Assembly: GCA_040285825.1 (NCBI GenBank)
Contig: JAUPSS010000001.1
Location: forward strand, 1,240,001 to 1,304,000
Reading direction: 5' to 3'
DNA: 64,000 nt
Source: Eukaryota sp. TZLM1-RC
Taxonomy: Eukaryota; Protista; Metamonada: BaSk clade
The notes below the pieces were generated by a model, which was given only the letters and a program-made list of their open reading frames with translations, had not been told where the DNA came from and made no database searches. Shown piece after piece: positions 34,744-45,017 of the stretch. Positions within the stretch are counted from its first letter, which is position 1; the number at the start of each line of letters is the position of its first letter. The position numbers and the translations under genes were made by a program.

Positions 34744-37209
34744 TTGCTCTCGTGTCCACATTGTTCAATGGATTTCAACGAAGAGTCTCGTGTGCCACTG
34801 GTAGTTTGCAGTCAGCGCCATAGTGTATGCGGTGTATGTTCTGATGCTGTGGAATCCTGTCCGATCTGCAATGAAGATATCCTGCCGTCACCGGAAGTCA
34901 ACCTCAGTTTGCGCGATATAGCCAAAGCTTCTTGCAAGGAGGACCTCTGTGTACATATTCCCTCTAACCAGGTCAAACTTTTACACATGATTGGACAAGG
35001 AGGATATGCCCAGGTGTTTGCCGCTTCTTGGTTTGATTCAGACGTCGCCGCCAAGACTGTTGCTCTCACAGAAGAAGGTAAGAAACGACTGAGGAAAGAG
35101 ATTGGTATTATGGCCAAGATTGATCACCCCTTTATCCTCCGCGTTTTTGGTCTGGTCAGCTCAATGGACAGACTCGCCATAATTATGGAACTTGCTGAAG
35201 GTTCTCTGCCAGTGCCGTCAAGATTGACTAAACAAAGTCTCTTGTTTGCCAAGAAGATCTGCCAGGCAGTCCGTTTTTTGCACTCCAAATCACTTGCGCA
35301 TGGAGATCTCAAGCCCGACAACATTCTTTTTGTCAATGGGCAAATCAAATTAGCCGATTTTGGAACATCCAGGACTGTTGCCAAGACTTCCACGGCCACC
35401 AATCTATCATGTACAGTAAGATATGCCGCATTAGAACAGCTTGATAACAAAGTTTCTCTTGCTTCTGACATTTACGCTATTGGAATCATCCTTTGTGAGT
35501 TACTCTGCAATTATAGACCATTTGTAAACATGGAACAAGTTGCCATTATGGGTGCAAAGTTTTTGAACAAGCCGTTGGCTTTAAGTGACCAGATTCCCCA
35601 TGTGCTCAAAGAATTAATCGCCCAATGTTGCTCTTCAGATCCAGCTGCCAGACCAAGTATTGCTCAAGTTCTTCTAGTTTTGGATCAATTGGATGACTTT
35701 GCTGAAGAATGTGATGAAAATCCTATTAGTATTAACAATGATGTTCAAACGCAACTGCAATCTGCCAACTCTACAATCGAGTCTCTACGAAAGAATGTTG
35801 CTGATTTGGAGTCTTCCAATCAACAACTCACCAACGATTTGACAGAACGGGATTCCAGAATTGCCTGGTTGGAAGAAGAAAAAGCCGGTATCAATGCTTC
35901 CAATAAACACCTCAGTAACTCTTTGGAAGAACGTGATGCTAGAATTGCCACTATGGAAGAAGCTTTAAATGCCAATAAGGCCGGTATTGCCGAGAAAGAT
36001 ACAGAAATTGCCAACCTTAGATCTACCATTGATGAATTGGAAAAGCAAAATACTCTACTCAGTAGAACTAATTCTGATTTAGGAAGCAGAATTGCTGACC
36101 TTGAAGCGTTGTTGAGAGAGTGCCATTGTAATCAACCTTTGAACAATATCGATGATCATCATCCTCCATCTAAGGATGAAATTTTGGAAGACATCAAGTC
36201 GAATGTAAATTGGAATGGATTGGGATATGAGGTGAAGAAGGGCGTTGAGGGTTTGGTTGATGGTTCCATCACTGAATTGAATCTTCAGTTCAACAAAATT
36301 ACCTCTGAAGGCGCTAGTGCTCTCGCCCGTGCTCTGGAGAGTAATTCCACTCTGACTGAATTGTATCTTGTGTCCAACAACATTACCTCTGAAGGCGCTA
36401 GTGCTCTCGCCCGTGCTCTGGAGAGTAATTCCACTCTGACTGAATTGTATCTTGTGTCCAACAACATTACCTCTGAAGGCGCTAGTGCTCTCGCCCGTGC
36501 TCTGGAGAGCAATTCCACTCTGACTGAATTGTATCTTGGGCACAACAACATTACCTCTGAAGGCGCTAGTGCTCTCGCCCGTGCTCTGGAGAGCAATTCC
36601 TCTCTGACTGAATTGAATCTTGGGGACAACAAAATTACCGCTGAAGGCGCTAGTGCTCTCGCCCGTGCTCTGGAGAGCAATTCCACTCTGACTGAATTGT
36701 ATCTTGGGCACAACAAAATTACCTCTGAAGGCGCTAGTGCTCTCGCCCGTGCTCTGGAGAACAATTCCACTCTGACTGAATTGTATCTTGGGCACAACAA
36801 AATTACCTCTGAAGGCGCTAGTGCTCTCGCCCGTGCTCTGGAGAACAATTCCACTCTGACTGAATTGAATCTTGGGGACAACAAAATTACCGCTGAAGGC
36901 GCTAGTGCTCTCGCCCGTGCTCTGGAGAACAATTCCACTCTGACTGAATTGAATCTTGGGGACAACAAAATTACCTCTGAAGGCGCTAGTGCTCTCGCCC
37001 GTGCTCTGGAGAACAATTCCACTCTGACTACATTGGATCTTGGGGGCAACAACATTACCGCTGAAGGCGCTAGTGCTCTCGCCCGTGCTCTGGAGAGTAA
37101 TTCCACTCTGACTGAATTGGATCTTGGGTTCAACAACATTAGCGATCCAACCAAATCCAAACTTCGACAAATAGAATCTAATCGTCCTTCTCTTAATATT
37201 TTCGTTTAA
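34744..37209 (+). CDS. RING-like Zn finger, protein kinase, coiled coil, RI-like LRR receptor (paralogue 1)
   Basis: CPHC..C..HSVC..C..CPIC; GQGGYAQV, AAK, HGDLKPDN, DFG; coiled coil; 28-aa LRRs. The start is TTG where the 49626 copy has ATG. Confidence 0.9.
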   Translation: MLSCPHCSMDFNEESRVPLVVCSQRHSVCGVCSDAVESCPICNEDILPSPEVNLSLRDIAKASCKEDLCVHIPSNQVKLLHMIGQGGYAQVFAASWFDSDVAAKTVALTEEGKKRLRKEIGIMAKIDHPFILRVFGLVSSMDRLAIIMELAEGSLPVPSRLTKQSLLFAKKICQAVRFLHSKSLAHGDLKPDNILFVNGQIKLADFGTSRTVAKTSTATNLSCTVRYAALEQLDNKVSLASDIYAIGIILCELLCNYRPFVNMEQVAIMGAKFLNKPLALSDQIPHVLKELIAQCCSSDPAARPSIAQVLLVLDQLDDFAEECDENPISINNDVQTQLQSANSTIESLRKNVADLESSNQQLTNDLTERDSRIAWLEEEKAGINASNKHLSNSLEERDARIATMEEALNANKAGIAEKDTEIANLRSTIDELEKQNTLLSRTNSDLGSRIADLEALLRECHCNQPLNNIDDHHPPSKDEILEDIKSNVNWNGLGYEVKKGVEGLVDGSITELNLQFNKITSEGASALARALESNSTLTELYLVSNNITSEGASALARALESNSTLTELYLVSNNITSEGASALARALESNSTLTELYLGHNNITSEGASALARALESNSSLTELNLGDNKITAEGASALARALESNSTLTELYLGHNKITSEGASALARALENNSTLTELYLGHNKITSEGASALARALENNSTLTELNLGDNKITAEGASALARALENNSTLTELNLGDNKITSEGASALARALENNSTLTTLDLGGNNITAEGASALARALESNSTLTELDLGFNNISDPTKSKLRQIESNRPSLNIFV
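36271..37140 (+). repeat. LRR-coding tandem array, 84-bp unit, 11 beta-strand modules
   Basis: Unit starts at 36271 + 84n up to 37111. Confidence 0.97.
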
Positions 37210-37321
37210 TAAACACATTTCAATTAATTTTTTCATCAACACAACACCAACTATAAAATCGCCCAACACCAATACAAATCAAAACACAATATAAACTAGA
37301 AAAATCAACAACATAAACAAC

Positions 37322-37456
37322 TGCCAACATCGTAGTCCAGTGGGTTTGCTCTTCGTTCTCTGCTTTGGCATCAGGGTTCGAATCCCATCTGCTGCACTTC
37401 TGGCAAAAGGGGACCCCAAAGTGGGAGCCAGCATTTCCTTTCCCACTTTCCGGGTC
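37322..37456 (+). ncRNA. tRNA-derived / Pol III type-2 promoter element followed by a hairpin (SINE head or structured ncRNA)
   Basis: A-box TAGTCCAGTGG 37333-37343; B-box GGTTCGAATCC 37375-37385; hairpin GACCC-AAAGTGGGA..TCCCACTTT-GGGTC 37412-37456. Does not fold into a clean cloverleaf. Confidence 0.55.
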
Positions 37457-40370
37457 TGACTGCATGGTGCTTGATCAGTGAGGGTGATTCTGAAGATTGG
37501 GCATTTTAGGTTTTGGTGGATCTTGATTTTGCATGTTATTGGCAAAAATTTCCTTTTGTGAGAAATTGTTGCTGTGATTTTAACAACAATGTTGATTTTC
37601 TACGCAGAATCAAATCAAATCAAACTAAAGCACATAAGAAACAAAATTATTTGGAAACACTTCTGTACAAAGCGAAAATGATACGATTCTTCCATAAATT
37701 CCCTGCAAACTTCTTACCACTTGAACGACATCAATTACCAATATCATTGATAAAATCCAAGGCGAACTGTCCAATGTTGCCAAAAATCGAAAAGGCAAAG
37801 GGAACAAACGAAAACTTTGAGTAAAAATTCTTATTTAAATCATTTAATATCTCAGTATATTTATCCTTTTTACGATCTTCAGCCTTGTTTAAATAACCAT
37901 TAGCACTAGGTACAACATCATCACGATAAATAAAAAAAGCGAATAGAAGCTGTTTCTGATCAAATTTCGAAATATTCAATTTAAAAGACTTAAATTTAAT
38001 TAACCAAAGTGTTGCTCCGCTTTTGAGTGTCCATAGATTTTTAACACTAAAACAGAGATACCTTTTTACCAAATTGGATGGAATGAGGTAACGGCAGAAA
38101 TTAGTTGTATTATTTTGAAGAATAACTTTAAATGCCACAGTGCTTTGAATAATATACTTCCAAAAAACAGCAAAGATCGATATGATGGTAGTTTTTTAGT
38201 GCTCAAATATTTTCTTCTTAATTTTAAATAAAAGTAACGCGTATCAAAAACGATACTCTTACGCTTACAAAAACTTTTTCTTGAGTTTTCAACATTCAAT
38301 TGCAAAATTTTGGATTTTTGGATTTATTAACCATTGAATGTTTATAAAAATTAATAAACTCAATTAATTTAAATATATACAAAATCAATTGAAAATGTAA
38401 TCATAAGTATGTAACGACTAAGCAACACATAGCCAACATTACTCACTCACGATCTCACAAAAAGTTTGATCACAAATTGATCACATCTGGTACATAAAAA
38501 ATACATGCAACTCACCCAATCATGGAGTCTCTACCAATCAATAAACATTTAGAAATGTTTAATGAAAGACCAATTTCATAATAGCGCTGTTGAACAGTTT
38601 TACCAATCTTTCTCACTAAATCAAAGTGGGAACCCCAAAGTGGGAGCCAGCATTTCCTTTCCCACTTTCCGGGTCTGACTGCATGGTGCTTGATCAGTGA
38701 GGGTGATTCTGAAGATTGGGCATTTTAGATTTTTGTGGATCTTGATTTTGCATGTTATTGGCAAAAATTTCCTTTTGTGAGAAATTGTTACTGTGATTTT
38801 AACAACAATGTTGATTTTCTACGCAGAATCAAATCAAATCAAACTAAAGCACATAAGAAACAAAATTATTTGGAAACACTTCTGTACAAAGCGAAAATGA
38901 TACGATTCTTCCATAAATTCCCTGCAAACTTCTTACCACTTGAACGACATCAATTACCAAAATCATTGATAAAATCCAAGGCGAACTGTCCAATGTTGCC
39001 AAAAATCGAAAAGGCAAAAGGAACAAACGAAAACTTTGAGTAAAAATACTTATTTAAATCATTTAATATCTCAGTATATTTATCCTTTTTACGATCTTCA
39101 GCCTTGTTTAAATAACCATTAGCACTAGGTACAACATCATCATGATAAATAAAAAAAGCGAATAGAAGCTGTTTCTGATCAAATTTCGAAATATTCAATT
39201 TAAAAGACTTAAATTTAATTAACCAAAGTGTTGCTCCGCTTTTGAGTGTCCATTGATTTTTAACATCAAAACAGAGATACCTTTTTACCAAATTGGATGG
39301 AATGAGGTAACGGCAGAAATTAGTTGTATTATTTTGAAGAATAACTTTAAATGCCACAGTGCTTTGAATAATATACTTCCAAAAAACAGCAAAGATCGAT
39401 ATGATGGTAGTTTTTTAGTGCTCAAATATTTTCTTCTTAATTTTAAATAAAAGTAACGCGTATCAAAAACGATACTCTTACGCTTACAAAAACGTTTTCT
39501 TGAGTTTTCAACATTCAATTGCAAAATTTTGGATTTTTGGATTTATTAACCATTGAATGTTTATAAAAATTAATAAACTCAATTAATTTAAATATATACA
39601 AAATCAATTGAAAATGTAATCATAAGTATGTAACGACTAAGCAACACATAGCCAACATTACTCACTCACGATCTCACAAAAAGTTTGATCACAAATTGAT
39701 CACATCTGGTACATAAAAGCTACATGCAACTCACCCAATCATGGAGTCTCTACCAATCAATAAACATTTAGAAATGTTTAATGAAAGACCAATTTCATAA
39801 TAGCGCTGTTGAACAGTTTTACCAATCTTTCTCACTAAATCAAAGTGGGAACCCCAAAGTGGGAGCCAGCATTTCCTTTCCCACTTTCCGGGTCTGACTG
39901 CATGGTGCTTGATCAGTGAGGGTGATTCTGAAGATTGGGCATTTTAGATTTTTGTGGATCTTGATTTTGCATGTTATTGGCAAAAATTTCCTTTTGTGAG
40001 AAATTGTTACTGTGATTTTAACAACAATGTTGATTTTCTACGCAGAATCAAATCAAATCAAACTAAAGCACATAAGAAACAAAATTATTTGGAAACACTT
40101 CTGTACAAAGCGAAAATGATACGATTCTTCCATAAATTCCCTGCAAACTTCTTACCACTTGAACGACACCAATTACCAAAATCATTGATAAAATCCAAGG
40201 CGAACTGTCCAATGTTGCCAAAAATCGAAAAGGCAAAGAGAACAAACGAAAACGTTGAGTAAAGATTCTTATTTAAATCATTTAATATCTCAGTATATTT
40301 ATCCTTATTACGATCTTCAGCCTTGTTTAAATAACCATCAGCACTAGGTAAAACATCATCACGATAAATC
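37412..40370. repeat. Tandem array, ~1.22-kb unit (hairpin, flank, family D 3' end, ~690 bp unrelated DNA), about 2.4 units
   Basis: accccaaagtgggagccagc recurs at ~37413, ~38632 and ~39851. Confidence 0.9.
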
Positions 40371-41065
40371 AAAGCGAAGGTTTCAACTGTAGTGAAATCA
40401 ACAACATCTTGAGAGGACTCCACAAAAGGAGCAATTAAATCACCTCGACATGAATTAAACAGATTATTATTCCTATAATGCTTCAACAACGGTTCTACTT
40501 TGCACCTAAAATTGTAACACTTGAACATCTCATATGCCACATCACGAACGGCATTATGAAGAACTGACCTATGTTGGAGAAATTTCTTACAGCTCACAAT
40601 ATGACGGAAATTGGCAGTAGGTTTTTTGTTACAAATACAATAAAAATTGTCCAAAAGACCACTTGGATACATCCCTAATCTCAACCGCATCTTTTGTTTT
40701 CAAGCTTCATTTGTTAAGTGAAGACCAAATGGCCTTGGTTGCTGACATATTAAACTAGTGCAGTTCTGGATGTCTGATTTAAAGGCAGCAAAGACGGGAT
40801 TATTAATCTTAGTCACACTAAGTCGTTTAGAAAAATCCAAGTCTTCAAAACCCATTAGAACAGACTTCTGTATTTTCACAACAGCAAGATGAAGATTGGT
40901 AAAAGATCTCGAAGGTACAGAAGGAAAATATTCCACACATCAACAGGTAGTTCCTGCACCATGTTTTCAAGAGAAATTAATGAAGGATGTGATTCATTCA
41001 AAGGAATATGATCAAAACGAAGTTTCCACTCAAAAAGAAAATTTTTCATACATGATAAAGTTATT
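40032..41065 (-). mobile_element. 5'-truncated non-LTR family D copy
   Basis: ORFs 40085-40690 and 40700-40936: MRLRLG..CIC..HIVSC..HNAVRD..RGDLIAP. Confidence 0.9.
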
Positions 41066-42000
41066 TACCCATCACCCTCTTCACGAACTACAAAAAGTCA
41101 ATTCATTCAATATTTGGAATGTCAAGTCATTTAGATTGATATACTGAATTGATCCAAACAATTCCCAGGAATGCTTTTGATAATCTGTTGTTGATTAAAT
41201 ACTAAATATACTTTTCATCAGAAAACCCTATTAACATGGTATTAAGATATCAGTTATTCTATATTCCTATGTGAAACGAAAAGTAACAATTCATACAAGG
41301 CTATTGAAAACAATGAAATTCCAATATGCCCAAACAATTTGATTCAACCAGGACATGTGATCACCACTGTGTTGACCAATTACACAATATTTCTTTTATT
41401 GTTGTCAAGTCATCATTTAATGACTCACACTGTTAGCCTTGGATAATATTTATAATAGTTTATTTATAGTTTATTATTAGTATTTGTATTATTGCGCCCA
41501 TGCGCTTAAGCTTGAGGAAATCCTTATTTCCTTGTAATAAATTACTCTACTTTTCATATAAGGTCATGTCCCGTCATAACACTCGCAGATCATCAACACT
41601 GTATTTCAAACTGTATTGCAAACTGTGTTTTGAATATTGTATAATGTAGCAAGATTTCTCTTCAAATTTGGATCATCCACATTAAGAAAAACTTTGTTGA
41701 CAAATCTATGTAAACAACTTTCTAGTTGTCATCAACGCTACCTTGCAAGCTCCAAAATAATCGATTGATTTTACTATTGGCGAAATTTTAAATACACCTC
41801 AACCACAAGGTTCTAGATGTGTAATGTAAAATTGCACATAAAGTCTTAGAGCATAAGTAGATTCGACAAGCTTTCAAAGTTACTTTTCACAAATTGAGTA
41901 AGTTTGTGACATTTCATCAATGGCAAACTCACTACTCGCATTATTAGTCAATTACATATTTGATGAAACAAAAACCTTATCCCAACTTCCTGTATTAACA

Positions 42001-42457
42001 CTACACAAAGGCTGTTTGTTTCCAGTCTGTGTGAGCACCAAGTATGAACTGTTCTCCTTTCCTGGCTTCTTGCACTGACCATTCTGCCATACCATCGAAA
42101 GTTGCTCTCCACTCAACACTCAATACATGAGCAAACTCAACCAGTTTGTTTTCCATGTGGTATTCCACTGTTCTCAGATCCTTGGTAAATGCCTCCACCA
42201 GACAGCTTTGGGGAAATGATACGACACCAGGGCGGGGATCGAGTGACTGATGTGTAGGACTGTGCAAACTTAAGCTCTAGAAGCACACCTTGAGTACCGG
42301 TTGACGACAGCTGTTGATACAGTCGTGAACTCGAATCAAAGCAACAGGTCTTGATCACAACTCTCCAAAGGTAGATGTTGTCATCAACAAGAGAAACTGT
42401 GAAGAACTGTTGGTTTGATTGTAGGGAGCGGTACTCAGTAACGAGTGACTTGTTCAT
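42001..42457 (-). pseudogene. UBE2Q-like E2 pseudogene (29-bp deletion removes the catalytic Cys region)
   Basis: Lacks gtttgtgtcataaaatccttcccagcaaa, present at 61351-61379, giving a frameshift. Confidence 0.85.
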
Positions 42458-42789
42458 AACAAACTGTAATTTACAGTTGAGAACTGTAAAATTTTCAATA
42501 AAGTTTTAAGGTATCTTGAAATAGGTTTCAACTCCTTGATGTCAAGGGTCACAGATAGTTGAAAGCCATTGTGCCAACAATCGAGTGGGTGACCTTTGTT
42601 TAATCTTGGAGAGAAACTTTGGTTGAAAGTGAAACAACAATTATATCTACGTCCTGATCCTTGGTAAATAGTATTGGCAGAAATTTTAGTGACAACTTTA
42701 ACAGCACTTGAAGGATGAGGATTATAATTAGCTTTTATATCATTTATTATTTTTTATTAATTTTTATATTATTTTTTTATTTAATTTTT

Positions 42790-43544
42790 GGGTCAGGGAC
42801 ACACCTACCCACTTTTTTGAAAAGTGAAACACACCTACCCACTACTGAATTTTTTGGTACTTCTGTACCCAATTGTTTTAAGGAAACTTATCCATCCCGA
42901 TCTGTTTGATGATGTAATCATGTTTCTGTTTCTTAATTACTTGGTACGTTCAATGGACGTGGATGTCAACAACACTTGTTTATGTTTGGTTTTCAAGTGC
43001 GTCCCATCCAGAAGAACCACTTTCAAATGCTTGGAGCTGATGGCAGGATCCTTTTGGATTTTGTACGAATGGATGTCAATGAGGCAAGGTAATCTGTGGA
43101 AGGAGGAAGAATCTTGTAGGAAGAAGTTAGATTACCATCACAGGAATGAGCTTTATACCGCTTAACCTCATAAGGATTTGTTGTAGCAGCGGATTTAGGT
43201 CGTGTAGCATAGCATTCAAACGTACATCTTTTATTTTTGCAACGAGCATAAATTCTTGTATGTTCAGACTTTTTGTAGACACAATAGGCACTGCTCTGGA
43301 CACAATCTAGCCGAATCAGTTCCTTTATGATTTCCATCGAAGCCAGGGAACCGATTTTCAAGAGATAATCGGTGTCGTTATGTTTGAGAGTTATAGTTGA
43401 TTCAGCAACAACGGAAGAGGTTGTTGTCATTTCCAATCTGCAAAGAAGTCCTATCAGTTAAAAAGTGGGTAGATGTGTTCACTTTATTGTGGTGGGTAGA
43501 CGTGTTCCATTTTTTGGAAAAATGGGTAGATGTGTACTTTTCCC
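42790..43544 (-). mobile_element. Non-autonomous Mutator-like DNA transposon, 755 bp, 9-bp TSD
   Basis: TTAATTTTT at 42781-42789 and 43545-43553; imperfect TIRs starting GGG with ctaccca subrepeats; ORF 43023-43436 MuDR-like Zn finger. Confidence 0.88.
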
Positions 43545-44323
43545 TTAATTTTTATAATTTGGGGATAATATGTACAAAGACAATAATACGATGCAAAATT
43601 GTAAAATAAGTCTTACCAATCACAATAACCAAACAATATTTCCCGAATCATAGAGATGATTTGAAATCATCTCTGAGCTCATCTCTGAAGTACTGAGCTT
43701 GTAAAACTGTTCAGTTACCTCTAAGTTAATCATGTGATACAATGAATTGTACAACATCCATCATATTTGCATTCACTAACGTGTGTGAACTATGGATCAT
43801 ATTATTTCCTTTCTATTACCCTTAATTTATTTTGCTTTTATTTGATTTTCCAAAGCCATTTTTATATGTGTTTGTATTTGATTATTTGGTTAATAAAATA
43901 GTTTATTGTGATGAAGATACGATTAATCATCTCCAGAACCATTAACTTGCGTTGTGATTCTCTCGAATTTATTTGATTATATACAATCATCAAAAATTTG
44001 TCCTTTTCCTATTTTTTTAAAAAAACTTAATTATTTTCTGTCTTTTTCCTTTTATTTATTTATCTTTAATTATATTATTTTTCTCTTTCTTGATAACTAG
44101 AGACAAAGTCTCAATATCTATGAAGATTTTTGAAAGACCATTTGTGTTAAAAAGTTATATATCAAAAGATAATGAAACGCATCCCCTCTATTACTTGTAT
44201 AAAATAATTGCTTCAGTTACCATCAAAAATCAAACTCAATCTATGATCCTTTATACTAAAATTCCATGTCATTTGATCTATTAAGCATCATTATACAGTC
44301 AAAATCACTGATGAGAATGGTTT

Positions 44324-44767
44324 TCAAGAAATACCAGCTGCTTCTTTAAATGACTGTTCTGCTAGTTCAGAGTCATATTCTTCAATTATCTTTCCTTTTT
44401 CTCCAACACTTAACACCTCTTCATGATCCTCAACAAACCTAACTTCTTGATATCTAGGTTCCCATAGCTCGACCACTTCCTCTGTAGTTCTGCTTGCTAA
44501 TGCTTTATGGTGTTCTACCTTCCATGGAAAGGCACTCAGTTGACGACATTTAAAGTGAACTGCATCTGTTGTATCTTCTTCACATAAAATCATTTTGTTC
44601 AGACGTTCTGGTGCATCTCTCATAGTTTTAGAATACAGTTTGATTTTGATTTTGTCGTCTAGGTGAAATCCTGGCAGTTCTGATGTCACAAATTTACGGG
44701 ATTTTTTTGTCTTGAAGTTACCTTGATGGTTTGAGTAGAAACGTCCTAGTTGTGGAGAACGAGACAT
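44324..44767 (-). CDS. Hypothetical protein (duplicated at 62494-62937)
   Basis: 147-aa ATG ORF kept open in both copies. Confidence 0.5.
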   Translation of the reverse strand: MSRSPQLGRFYSNHQGNFKTKKSRKFVTSELPGFHLDDKIKIKLYSKTMRDAPERLNKMILCEEDTTDAVHFKCRQLSAFPWKVEHHKALASRTTEEVVELWEPRYQEVRFVEDHEEVLSVGEKGKIIEEYDSELAEQSFKEAAGIS

Positions 44768-45017
44768 TCTTGAAATAAAAGCTAGTAGAAAACCTGATCA
44801 AAAAGGATATCTCTTAATGTCAAACATGTAAAAATTCATTGTTTACATAGTGTCTGAGTTGTGTTACGATGGTAATTCCTTTCATTAGTTTTAAAGTATA
44901 GTTTTAATGAAACTTTTCAAAAAGTTTCATTAGTTTTCTACAATCTCTCACAATCTTTCACAATCTTACTGGTGAAGTTCCTGGAATTTAACACAATTCC
45001 AAACAAACTTTAGATTG

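Noticed and set aside
36271-37140. CRISPR-like repeat/spacer appearance
   Set aside because: In-frame protein-coding repeats with short, related variable parts; no cas genes; eukaryotic context
36079-37272. Long antisense ORFs over the LRR arrays (also 51313-52674)
   Set aside because: By-product of a stop-free 84-bp repeat; no independent coding signal
37322-37396. Functional tRNA gene
   Set aside because: T-stem only partly paired, acceptor and anticodon stems do not form; kept only as a tRNA-like element
37540-37570. Sm-site-like AATTTTTG on the minus strand suggesting an snRNA or SL RNA target
   Set aside because: Common motif in AT-rich DNA; no U-snRNA or SL hallmark recognised
41780-41830. 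Possible pogo/DDE transposase relic (QP..GVF-like on the minus strand; also ~60960-61005)
   Set aside because: Motif too short and interrupted by stops to support a call
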